Source: an uncultured Holophagales bacterium (lineage in GTDB: Bacteria > Acidobacteriota > Thermoanaerobaculia > UBA5066). Taken from it: a stretch of DNA of 64,000 nucleotides. The stretch is taken from assembly GCA_964561935.1 (NCBI GenBank), contig CAZLQX010000005.1, positions 131,939 through 195,938 of the forward strand, given 5' to 3'. Below the pieces are notes generated by a model. It had not been told where the DNA came from, did no database searches, and was given only the letters and a program-made list of their open reading frames with translations. Position numbers and translations under genes: made by a program. Positions 37,124 to 45,486 of the stretch are shown piece after piece. How positions within the stretch are numbered: the first letter of the stretch is position 1; the number at the start of each line of letters is the position of its first letter.

Positions 37124-38980
37124 CTACAGGACGATCTGCTCCCCGGCGCGCGGCGCCCACCGGCGGATGACGCCCTCGCGCTGGCGGCTCGTCAGGACGA
37201 GCTGGCTGAACGAGTTCACGGAGGCGTAGAGGCCGAGGAAGCGCTCGAGGACCTGGGCGAAGAGGAAGATCCCGGTCCCGACGAACTGCTGCTCGTCGAG
37301 CTCGACCGTCACCTCGATGCCGCGGACGAAGCTCGGCTGCAGGACGCCGATCGAGCGGAGGACGCGGCGCGACCCGACCTTCGTGATGCCGGCGATCTGC
37401 TGGCGCGTCACGGAGGAGTCCGCGAAGTCGTAGAGGCGAAGGATCTCCTGGAGCGCCTCCGGTCCCGGCCCGCCGTCCTTCTCGACGAGCGAGAGGAGGT
37501 TCAGCGAGAGGTGCGAGAGGAGCCGCCACTGGAGGCCCCTCCGGAGCGGCGCGCGGACCGTCGGCGTCGGCCTCTTCAGGCAGCGGATCCCGGAGAAGAC
37601 GCCCGCCCCCTCGAGCTGGAAGTCCGCCTCCCCCCCCTCGAAGGGGAGCCGCGCCGCGAGGTCCCGGTTCGTGCAGAGGACCTCGACCGTGAGCGTGTCC
37701 GCGTCGGGCTGGGCGGGGCTCCAGCCGAGGTCGACGAGCGAGAGGTAGGCGTCCGTCCCGTCGTCGTCCTTGCGAGCCGAGGGACGGCGGCTCATGTACC
37801 AGAACGCGGGCGCCTGGCCCTTCTCGAAGCCGTGGCGGTACGAGTAGAAGGGCTCGTAGGTCGTGACCCGGTCGCTCCCCTTCGCGACGCTCGTGACGGA
37901 CTCGACGGAGTAGACCTCGGTGACGTCCTGCCGCCGCACGTCGGGGACGATCCGGTACTCGGGCTGCAGGTGGGTGAGGCGGATCGGCTCGGCGACCTGC
38001 CGGAAGAGGTTCGCGACGGGGGTGCAGTTCAGCCGGAAGGTCTGCGCGGAGACGTTCCTCTCGAGCGGGAAGTCGCGGTCGAAGTAGAGGAGGATCTCGA
38101 GGACGTCGTCGAAGTCGTCGCGCGAGGCCTCCTCGAGACCCTTCACGTCGAAGAAGAAGAACTTCTCGGGGAACGCGAAGTACTCCGCGAGGAGCCGGTA
38201 CCCCAGGAAGGAGCGGTCCGTGTAGGGGAGGAGCCCCTCGTCCCGCTCGAAGCCGACGCCGGAGACGACCGACTTCGGGAGCTTCACGGGCGAGGGGACG
38301 TCGCGCGGGCCGCCCGGCCGGAGCTCGACGGCGACGAGGTGGTTGTGGAGGAGCTCGTGGAGCGAGTAGACGACCTTCCCTTCGCCCTGGAGGAAGAAAC
38401 GGAGGGAGCCCATCGGGCGCTCCTCCGACTCGGAGACCTTCTCCTTCAGCTCGCGGAGCGGGGAGCCGCCGAACGTCTTCAGCTCGAGGCGAAGGACCGT
38501 CCGCACCCCCTCCTCCGGGCCGACGCCGGGAATCGGGAGCTCGAAGCGGGCCTGGCGGACCTCGATCGGCCAGAGGTGGACGGGGTAGGCCGTCCGGAAC
38601 CGGCACGACGTGCCCCCGACGGAGCGCGAGTAGAGCATCGCGCCGCGCGGGATCTTCTGTCCCGACTGGAGGCTCACCTGCGACGGGTCGAGGACGAACT
38701 GCACGACCGACATCGACGGGATCGGGGCCAGGAGGTGCGGGTAGAGGACGTTGAGGAGGGACTCCGTGACCTCCGGGAACTCGTCGTCGACCTTCAGGTG
38801 GACGCGCGAGGCGAGGAAGGCGAACGACTCGATGAGCCGCTCGACGTGCGGGTCTTCGCACGTCTCCGGCTCGAGCTGGAGGCGGCTCGCGATCTTCGGG
38901 TACTTCTCCGCGAACTCCGCCCCCATCTGGCGAAGGAAGGTGAGCTCGCGCTCGAAGTACCCCAGGAGCTCGTCGCGCAT
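37124..38980 (-). CDS. tssF: TssF baseplate protein
   Basis: MRDELLGYFERELTFLRQMGAEFAEKYPKIASRLQL is the canonical TssF N-terminus. The ORF's N-terminal extension to 39316 lies in the tssE frame region and is rejected. Confidence 0.85.
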   Translation of the reverse strand: MRDELLGYFERELTFLRQMGAEFAEKYPKIASRLQLEPETCEDPHVERLIESFAFLASRVHLKVDDEFPEVTESLLNVLYPHLLAPIPSMSVVQFVLDPSQVSLQSGQKIPRGAMLYSRSVGGTSCRFRTAYPVHLWPIEVRQARFELPIPGVGPEEGVRTVLRLELKTFGGSPLRELKEKVSESEERPMGSLRFFLQGEGKVVYSLHELLHNHLVAVELRPGGPRDVPSPVKLPKSVVSGVGFERDEGLLPYTDRSFLGYRLLAEYFAFPEKFFFFDVKGLEEASRDDFDDVLEILLYFDRDFPLERNVSAQTFRLNCTPVANLFRQVAEPIRLTHLQPEYRIVPDVRRQDVTEVYSVESVTSVAKGSDRVTTYEPFYSYRHGFEKGQAPAFWYMSRRPSARKDDDGTDAYLSLVDLGWSPAQPDADTLTVEVLCTNRDLAARLPFEGGEADFQLEGAGVFSGIRCLKRPTPTVRAPLRRGLQWRLLSHLSLNLLSLVEKDGGPGPEALQEILRLYDFADSSVTRQQIAGITKVGSRRVLRSIGVLQPSFVRGIEVTVELDEQQFVGTGIFLFAQVLERFLGLYASVNSFSQLVLTSRQREGVIRRWAPRAGEQIVL

Positions 38981-39462
38981 CACTCCCCCTTCACGCGGAA
39001 CTCCCCGCTTCCGATCTGGAGCAGGGTGTCGAACGAGACGGGCTCGGGGGCCGGGTCGACCTTGAGCCGCGCGTCGATCCGGAACTTCAGCGAGAGGCCG
39101 GGTCCGGGCTCCGGGTCGACGGTCACGACGACCCCCTCGAGCCGCGGCTCGAACGCCTCGAGCGCCTTCTCGACGGTCCGCCTCAGGCGCGCCTTGTCGG
39201 CCGGGCTCTTGCCCGAGAGCGTCGTCATGTCGGGGAGGCCGAAGGCGACGACGGAGGAGGGAACCTCCTTGAGCTCCGGCGGGAGGTTCGGCGTCGCGCG
39301 CGTGTTCAGGAGCCACTCGAGGTCGCGCCGGACCGACTGCTTCAGGATGCGCAGGTTCTTCACCCGCGAGGCGGGCGCCTCGCGCGAGTACTCCGGCTCG
39401 TAGTCGATCAGCCGGTCGAGGACCGACGGGCGGACACGGATCTCGTTGTCGAACCGCGACAT
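38980..39462 (-). CDS. tssE: TssE (gp25-like baseplate wedge protein)
   Basis: MSRFDNEIRVRPSVLDRLIDYEP..VKNLRILKQSVRRDLEWLLNTR is the GPW/gp25 lysozyme-like family signature. Its stop overlaps the tssF start by 1 nt. Confidence 0.85.
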   Translation of the reverse strand: MSRFDNEIRVRPSVLDRLIDYEPEYSREAPASRVKNLRILKQSVRRDLEWLLNTRATPNLPPELKEVPSSVVAFGLPDMTTLSGKSPADKARLRRTVEKALEAFEPRLEGVVVTVDPEPGPGLSLKFRIDARLKVDPAPEPVSFDTLLQIGSGEFRVKGE

Positions 39463-39526
39463 CTCGGGCGGACTCCTGGGACGACGAGGAAGGCCGGGCG
39501 GCGGGAACCGCCGCCCGGCCGGGCGG

Positions 39527-41023
39527 TTACTTGCGCGCCGAGGCGGGCAGGTCGGCCACGAGGCGCAGCGAGACCTGCAGCTCGTCGAGCTGGAAGTGGG
39601 GCCTGAGGAAGGCCACGGCGCGGTAGGCACCGGGCTTGCCCGGGATCTCGGCGACCTCGATGCGGGCCTCCCGCAGCGGGTAGCGGGCCTTCGTGTCCTG
39701 GGACGCGGTGTCGTCCGGGGAGACGTAGTTCGAGATCCACTGGTTCAGGAAGAGCTCGCAGTCCTTGCGGGACATGAAGCTCCCGATCTTGTCGCGCATC
39801 ATCGCCTTCAGGTAGTGCGCGAAGCGCGAGACCGCGAAGATGTGCGGCAGCATCGTCGAGAGGCGGGCGTTCGCGTTCGCCGACTCGAGGTCGTACTTCT
39901 TCGCCTTCTGCGCCGACTGCGCGCCGAAGAAGGCCGCATAGTCGGTGTTCTTGCAGTGGACGAGCGGCATGAAGCCGAGGTCCGAGAGCTCCTTCTCGCG
40001 CCGGTCCGTGATCGCGATCTCCGTCGGGCACTTCAGCGCGACGTCGCCTTCGTCCGTCTGGAACGTGTGGACGGGGAGCCCCTGGACGAGGCCGCCCCCC
40101 TCGACGCCGCGGATCGCGACGCACCAGCCGTACATCGCGAACGCCTCGGTGAGGCGTGTGCCGAACGAGTAGGCCGCGTTCCCCCAGAGGTACTTGTCGT
40201 GCTCCTTCCCGTCGACGTCCTCCTCGTAGCGGAAGGTCTCCGTCGGGAGGCCCGTCTCCTGGCCGTACGGAAGGCGCATGAGCGTGCGCGGCATCGCGAG
40301 GCCGACGTAGCGGGAGTCCTCCGAGTCGCGGAACGAGCGCCACTTCAGGTACTCGGTCCGGTCGAAGATCTTCGCGAGGTCGCGGACCTCGGTCATCTCG
40401 GAGAAGTTCTCCCACCCGAAGAGCTGCGGCGCCGGCGCCGAGATGAACGGCGCGTTCGCGGCCGCCGCGACCTGGGACATCTTCTCGAGGAGGAGCATGT
40501 CCTGCGGGTGGTTCGAGAAGTAGTAGTCGCCGATGAGGGCGCCGAACGGCTGGCCGCCGAACGTGCCGTACTCCTCCTCGTAGATCTTCTTGAAGACGGC
40601 CGACTGGTCGAACTCCGAGACGCGCTCGAGGTCGCGCAGGAGGTCCTTCTTCGAGACGTTGAAGACCTTGATCTTCAGCATCGACGAGGTCTCGGACTCG
40701 TAGACGAGGTGGTGCAGGCCGCGCCAGGAGGCCTCGAGGCGCTGGTACTGCTCGTGGTGGAGGATCGCGTTCATCTGGGCCGAGAGGAGGCGGTCGATCT
40801 CGGCGATGCGCGCCTGGAGGGACGTCTCCAGGTCCTTCGCCATGACCATCTGCCCCTGCATGGCCTGCTGGACGAACTCCGCGATCATGTCCTTGGCCTG
40901 CTGGAGCTGGCTCTCGTGCTGGACGAGGCGCCCCTCGTCGAGGATCTTCGAGAGGAGGTCGACCTCGCCCGTCTGCTCGCGGACGATCGCTTCGGCCTTG
41001 CGGCCCTCGGTCGGGTGGGCCAT
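39527..41023 (-). CDS. tssC: TssC (VipB) sheath large subunit
   Basis: 498 aa with RLEASWRGLHHLV, MPRTLMRLPYG and the conserved C-terminal domain. Confidence 0.9.
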   Translation of the reverse strand: MAHPTEGRKAEAIVREQTGEVDLLSKILDEGRLVQHESQLQQAKDMIAEFVQQAMQGQMVMAKDLETSLQARIAEIDRLLSAQMNAILHHEQYQRLEASWRGLHHLVYESETSSMLKIKVFNVSKKDLLRDLERVSEFDQSAVFKKIYEEEYGTFGGQPFGALIGDYYFSNHPQDMLLLEKMSQVAAAANAPFISAPAPQLFGWENFSEMTEVRDLAKIFDRTEYLKWRSFRDSEDSRYVGLAMPRTLMRLPYGQETGLPTETFRYEEDVDGKEHDKYLWGNAAYSFGTRLTEAFAMYGWCVAIRGVEGGGLVQGLPVHTFQTDEGDVALKCPTEIAITDRREKELSDLGFMPLVHCKNTDYAAFFGAQSAQKAKKYDLESANANARLSTMLPHIFAVSRFAHYLKAMMRDKIGSFMSRKDCELFLNQWISNYVSPDDTASQDTKARYPLREARIEVAEIPGKPGAYRAVAFLRPHFQLDELQVSLRLVADLPASARK

Positions 41024-41024
41024 C

Positions 41025-41552
41025 TCAGTCCTCCTTCTTCGGCTCGGAGGGCTCGAGACCGAGCGCGCCGGCGAGCTGCTGCTGGGAGGAGCTGTTCCTC
41101 AGGACGTCGCTGAGGGCCTTCTCGAGCTTCTCGTTCCCGTCCGCCTTCGAGAGGAGGTCGGAGAGGCGCTGCCGCGCCTCGACGAGCTTCCGCATCGGCT
41201 CGACCTGCCCGGCGATCCGGTCCGGCTCGAAGTCCTCGAGGCTGTTGAACTTCAGCTCGACGCCCATCTTGCTGCCGTCGCCGGCGAGCTTGTTCTCGAC
41301 GGGCATCTGGAGACGCGGCGCCATGCCGGAGAGGACCTGGTCGAAGTTGTCGCGGTCGATCTCGACCATCTTCCGGTCCTTGACCTTCGGCAGCGGCGTC
41401 TCGGGCTGGCCCGAGAAGTCGCCGATGACGCCGACGACGAACGGGAGCTCCTTCAGCTCGATCGCTCCGCCGATCTCGACGTCGTAGGTGATCTGCACCC
41501 TCGGGGGGCGGATCCTCTTCAGTTTCTGCTGGATGCTTTCCTTCTTCACCAT
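41025..41552 (-). CDS. tssB: TssB (VipA) sheath small subunit
   Basis: 175 aa with LPFVVGVIGDFSG and a C-terminal helix. Its stop lies 1 nt from the tssC start. Confidence 0.9.
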   Translation of the reverse strand: MVKKESIQQKLKRIRPPRVQITYDVEIGGAIELKELPFVVGVIGDFSGQPETPLPKVKDRKMVEIDRDNFDQVLSGMAPRLQMPVENKLAGDGSKMGVELKFNSLEDFEPDRIAGQVEPMRKLVEARQRLSDLLSKADGNEKLEKALSDVLRNSSSQQQLAGALGLEPSEPKKED

Positions 41553-41605
41553 GAGCGTTCCTCCCTGACGGCTGTCGGCATTCCGCTAAGCCTTCGAAAG
41601 CGCCT

Positions 41606-42724
41606 TCATTCGGAGACGGGCCGGATCCCGAGAGTCTCCCGGATTCCCTCGAGGACGGACGTGTCCTTGATCACGTCCGCGAGCCAGGTGTCGAGAGGCA
41701 TCTGGCCCCAGGCGATCGCGCGCTGGACGAGGTACGAGACGGGGCTGTGGGGCTCGGTCTGCCGGAAGTACTCGGCGACCTCGGCGAGGCGCGCGAGCGC
41801 CTCCGCGCGCCCCCGCACCGCGCCGGTCCCGCCTCCGAAGCGGGCCCCGCCTTCCCCGGCCGCGCCGGCCTCTCCCGCGTCCTCCGCCCCCGCGGCGGCG
41901 AGCGGGTCCGGCTCGAGCGCCCGCTTCTCCTTCAGGATCCCGTCGACGACGCGGCGGACCTCCTCGAGGGACTTCTTCAGGTCCCCGAGGCCCGGCGTCT
42001 GGCGGCCGAACTTCTCGTCCATGACCCGGTCGAGCGCCTGATACTCCTCCCAGGCCGCCGCGAGCGCCTTCGACGCCTCCTCGTAGTACGACTTCGGCGT
42101 CGAGCCCTTCGCCTTCCGGAAGTCCTCGCCGCTCGTCTTGTTCTCCTCGGCCGCCTGCCGCTTGAGCTCGGAGAGGCGCGCCTGCGCGTCGCCGTCGAGC
42201 GGGCCGGTGACGGAGTCCGGGAGGTCGAACGGCCGGGACTCCGTCCACTCGAGCCACGAGAAGTTCATCCCCGGCGCGCGCGTGAGCGGGGCCGCGCGGA
42301 GCGCGAGGGCGACCTGCCGGTCGAAGAAGGCGAGGACGTTCGCGCGCCCCTCCAGGTCGCCCTCGTCGATCTCGGGGAAGCAGGTCTCCCAGAAGTTCTC
42401 GTGGAGGAGCTTCATCGCGCGGACCCCGTCGCGCGCGCCGGCGAAGCCGTGGAGCATCGTGAGCCCCTCGGCGAGCCACGCGCAGATCTGGAGGTCCTTC
42501 GTCTTGTTGAGGAGCGCGTCCGAGGCGAGGGCGACGGCCTCGTCCCAGTCGGAGACCTTCAGCTCGCGCTTCCAGTCGCCCTGCTCGAGCTGGTCGTCCG
42601 CGCGCCGCGCCTCGCGGATCTCGTCGTAGAGACCCGAGTACTGCAGGCTTTCGCCCGAAGGACTTTCGTCCGAGACCGGGGCGAGGAGCCGGTCGAAGTC
42701 GAGGAGAGGAGCCTCCGACGACAT
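41606..42724 (-). CDS. tssA: TssA (ImpA N-terminal domain protein)
   Basis: MSSEAPLLDFDRLLAPVSDESPSGESLQYSGLYDEIREAR is the ImpA_N signature. GGGAGGGA lies 6 nt upstream of the ATG. Confidence 0.8.
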   Translation of the reverse strand: MSSEAPLLDFDRLLAPVSDESPSGESLQYSGLYDEIREARRADDQLEQGDWKRELKVSDWDEAVALASDALLNKTKDLQICAWLAEGLTMLHGFAGARDGVRAMKLLHENFWETCFPEIDEGDLEGRANVLAFFDRQVALALRAAPLTRAPGMNFSWLEWTESRPFDLPDSVTGPLDGDAQARLSELKRQAAEENKTSGEDFRKAKGSTPKSYYEEASKALAAAWEEYQALDRVMDEKFGRQTPGLGDLKKSLEEVRRVVDGILKEKRALEPDPLAAAGAEDAGEAGAAGEGGARFGGGTGAVRGRAEALARLAEVAEYFRQTEPHSPVSYLVQRAIAWGQMPLDTWLADVIKDTSVLEGIRETLGIRPVSE

Positions 42725-42852
42725 CTGGATCCCTCCCAAAGGATTGCGAAGTGATGCTACTGTAACTGACTCAGCAGCCCCTGTCACCCGTCACCGAACC
42801 GTCCGGCGCGGCGGCCCTGCGCCGCCCGGCCGAGACAAGCAGGAGGACCGAT

Positions 42853-43662
42853 ATGCCGACGCCCAAGGAGCTCCTCGACGCGGGGAACCTGAAGGCCGCG
42901 ATCGAGGCCCTGACCCAGGAGGTCCGCGAGGCCCCCGCCGACGCCCACCGGCGGACGTTCCTCTTCGAGCTCCTCGCCTTCGCGGGCGAGTGGGACCGGG
43001 CCGAGAAGCAGATCGCCGCCGCCGCCGGGTCCGACGCCCCCGCCCAGCTCGCCGCCGAGCTCTACAAGGGCCTGCTCCAGGCCGAGCGGCAGCGGGCCCT
43101 CGTCTTCGCCGGGCGGGCCCGCCCGCACTTCCTCAGGCCCGTCCCCTCCTACGTCGAGAAGAGCCTCGCGGCGATCGGGCAGATCAGCGAGGGGAACCAC
43201 GCGGCGGCCCGCACCCTCCTCGACGAGGCCGAGGAGGAGCGCCCCGCCCTCTCCGGCCGCCGGGGCGAGTCGGCGTTCGAGGACTTCCGGGACTTCGACG
43301 ACCTCGTCGGCGGGGTCGTGGAGGTCGTCTTCCAGGGACAGTACGCTTGGTTCCCGCTCGAGCAGGCGCGCGGCCTCGAGCCGACGCCGCCGAAGAAGCT
43401 TCGCGACCTGCTCTGGCCCGGGGCCCGGATCACCGCCGACGACGGGACGACGGGAGACGTCTTCCTCTTCGCGCTCTACCCCGGCTCCGCGACCCACCCC
43501 GACGACCTCGTGAAGCTCGGCCGGATGACCGACTGGAAGACGCTCTCCGAGGACCTCCAGACGGGGCTCGGGCTCCGCGCCTTCCTCGTCGACGGCGAGG
43601 ACGTCAGCATCTTCGAGCTCGGAGGCGTCGCGTTCGACCCCCGCGAGGGTCTCCCGAGCTGA
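42853..43662 (+). CDS. TagJ/ImpE-family T6SS accessory protein
   Basis: 269 aa, divergently transcribed from tssA. The N-terminal TPR-like helical part and the C-terminal beta part match the size and architecture of the ImpE family. SD CAGGAGGAC. Confidence 0.5.
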   Translation: MPTPKELLDAGNLKAAIEALTQEVREAPADAHRRTFLFELLAFAGEWDRAEKQIAAAAGSDAPAQLAAELYKGLLQAERQRALVFAGRARPHFLRPVPSYVEKSLAAIGQISEGNHAAARTLLDEAEEERPALSGRRGESAFEDFRDFDDLVGGVVEVVFQGQYAWFPLEQARGLEPTPPKKLRDLLWPGARITADDGTTGDVFLFALYPGSATHPDDLVKLGRMTDWKTLSEDLQTGLGLRAFLVDGEDVSIFELGGVAFDPREGLPS

Positions 43663-43724
43663 GCGGCACGGTGCGCCGGCCGGGCGGCGGCCGGCGCCCG
43701 CTCACCCCGGGGCCGCCCAGACGA

Positions 43725-43756
43725 AAAACCGGCCTCCCTTTCGGGAGGCCGGCTTC
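43725..43756 (-). terminator. rho-independent terminator of hcp
   Basis: CCGGCCTCCC-TTTC-GGGAGGCCGG hairpin. On the minus strand it is followed by TTTTTCGTC, immediately 3' of the hcp stop. Confidence 0.6.
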
Positions 43757-43781
43757 GTCTCCGGGATCGCCCCGGAGGGCG

Positions 43782-44270
43782 TCAGCACTTGACGTTCTTC
43801 TTGAGGTCCCAGCCCGCGCGGACGGAGCCGGCGAGGCTGCCCTTGGCGTCCTGGGGGGCGTACTCGTACTCGATCTTGGCGTAGTTGAGGGAGATCTGGT
43901 CGATCGGGACGGGGTCGCCGGAGCCGGTCCCGCCCGTCTGGTACGAGGAGACGAGGCAGTCGGAGAACTTCAGCTTGAGGAACTTCTGCTGCGTCTTGCC
44001 CGCCTTGCGGGCGACGAGCTGGGCGTTCCCGAAGTGCTCGCCGCTCGCGCAGGCCTCGACGAGCTTCGGGCTCCCCTTGCAGACCCTCATCGTGAAGTGG
44101 AAGTCCTGCATCGAGACCTTGCCGGCGCCACCGCCGCCACCGTAGGCCATCGTGCCGGTCTGGGTCTCGCCCCAGGACCAGGAGAGGACGTCGATCCAGC
44201 CCTTGTGCTCCTGGTCTTCGCTCTCACCCTCGATCCCCTCGATCTTCAGAAAGTAGTCAACGGACGACAT
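43782..44270 (-). CDS. hcp: Hcp (TssD) tube protein
   Basis: 162 aa starting MSSVDYFLKIEGIEGESEDQEHKGWIDVLSWSWG, the canonical Hcp signature. AAAGGAGG SD. Confidence 0.95.
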   Translation of the reverse strand: MSSVDYFLKIEGIEGESEDQEHKGWIDVLSWSWGETQTGTMAYGGGGGAGKVSMQDFHFTMRVCKGSPKLVEACASGEHFGNAQLVARKAGKTQQKFLKLKFSDCLVSSYQTGGTGSGDPVPIDQISLNYAKIEYEYAPQDAKGSLAGSVRAGWDLKKNVKC

Positions 44271-44378
44271 GATTCGCTTCCTCCTTTCGGCAGCTTCCGA
44301 GCTATAAGGTAGGGATCGCTCCCCGTGAATTCAAGGTCGTTCCCGGCCCGTCCGACAACGGTGTGACCTCTCGCACCC

Positions 44379-45401
44379 TCACGCGCCCGCCTTCTCGCGC
44401 CCGAGGAAGGCCGCGAGGGGCGCGTCCCAGCCCGCCGGGCGGGCCCCGTCGCCCGGCGTGGCGTCCGCGGGGGGCGCCGCCTCGCCGCCGGCGGCCGGCG
44501 GGGCCGTCTCCTCGACGAACTCGTAGTCCGACGCGGTGGGGTGGAGGAGGAGGAAGTCCTCCGAGCGGAGCTCCCGGAGGAAGAGGACGGCCCGCGAGCG
44601 GCCCCCGGAACGGCAGACGAGCGTCCCGATCGGGCCGCGCTCGGAGAGCGCCCCTTCGGCCTCGAGCCAGCTCAGGAAGACCTGGACCTGCAGCTCGGCC
44701 GGCAGGAGGTTGCCGAGGGGGACGCGGACCGCGCCCGCGCCCGCGCCCGGTGCGTGGGAGCAGGCGGCCTTCAGCCGCGCGAGGAACCGCGGCCACGCGG
44801 CCGCCGCCTCCGGTCCGAGGAGCGACTCGGCGAACTCGCCGAGCGTGACCCCTTTCGCCTCCTTCTCGATCGCCTCCGAGATTCTCGCCGGCCTCTTCAC
44901 CGGGATCTCGATGCGGGCGCCCCGGAAGCTCTCGTAGAACGACGCGAGCGTCCGCCCCTGGGAGAAGTTCCGTCGGATGTAGGCGGCGCGCTCCTCGAAG
45001 ACCTCGAGGTACGAGAGCGCGACGAACGGCTCGGCCGCCGCCTTCCCCTGCGGCACGACCGAGAAGAGGGTGAACGGGAACTGCCGGAGCCCTCCCTCGT
45101 CGTGGCTTCCCCACAGCGCCCCGGCTACGGAGCGCTTGCCGCCCGGCAGCGCGAGGACGAACGTGTGGAGCGGGATCTCCGTCCCCTTGTACTCCTCGAC
45201 GAGCGACCAGCGGCGGCTGAAGCCGTTCCCGATCCAGTCGCGGAAGTCCTTCGAGCCCTCCTCGGTGAACCCCGTCGAGATGAAGTCCTTGTAGATCGGG
45301 AGCTTCCCGTGGAGGTGGAGCGCGTACGTCTCCATCCGGGGCGGGCCGTCGGCCCCGGTGAGCCCGTCCTTCAGCTTCGAGAAAAGACTCCAGGCTGCCA
45401 C
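44379..45401 (-). CDS. tagF: TagF (ImpM/DUF2094-like T6SS-associated protein), long form
   Basis: The N-terminal HGKLPIYKDFISTGF matches the TagF GKLPxxGDF motif. It lies immediately upstream of hcp and downstream of tssM, as in many T6SS loci. Confidence 0.65.
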   Translation of the reverse strand: MAAWSLFSKLKDGLTGADGPPRMETYALHLHGKLPIYKDFISTGFTEEGSKDFRDWIGNGFSRRWSLVEEYKGTEIPLHTFVLALPGGKRSVAGALWGSHDEGGLRQFPFTLFSVVPQGKAAAEPFVALSYLEVFEERAAYIRRNFSQGRTLASFYESFRGARIEIPVKRPARISEAIEKEAKGVTLGEFAESLLGPEAAAAWPRFLARLKAACSHAPGAGAGAVRVPLGNLLPAELQVQVFLSWLEAEGALSERGPIGTLVCRSGGRSRAVLFLRELRSEDFLLLHPTASDYEFVEETAPPAAGGEAAPPADATPGDGARPAGWDAPLAAFLGREKAGA

Positions 45402-45486
45402 TCGGTCACCTCTCGCTCGTCCAGGTCCGCGTCGCGGGGCAGGGCGGGGCGGGGTCCGGCGGACCGGGCCCCGCCCCGGGGGAAGC

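Noticed and set aside
32799-39403. Several 900 to 1150-aa ORFs (32799..36278 +, 33235..36246 -, 36126..38861 -, 36575..39403 +) over clpV/tssG/tssF
   Set aside because: The compositions are dominated by R/P/G/E/D. The sense frames encode textbook ClpV, TssG and TssF.
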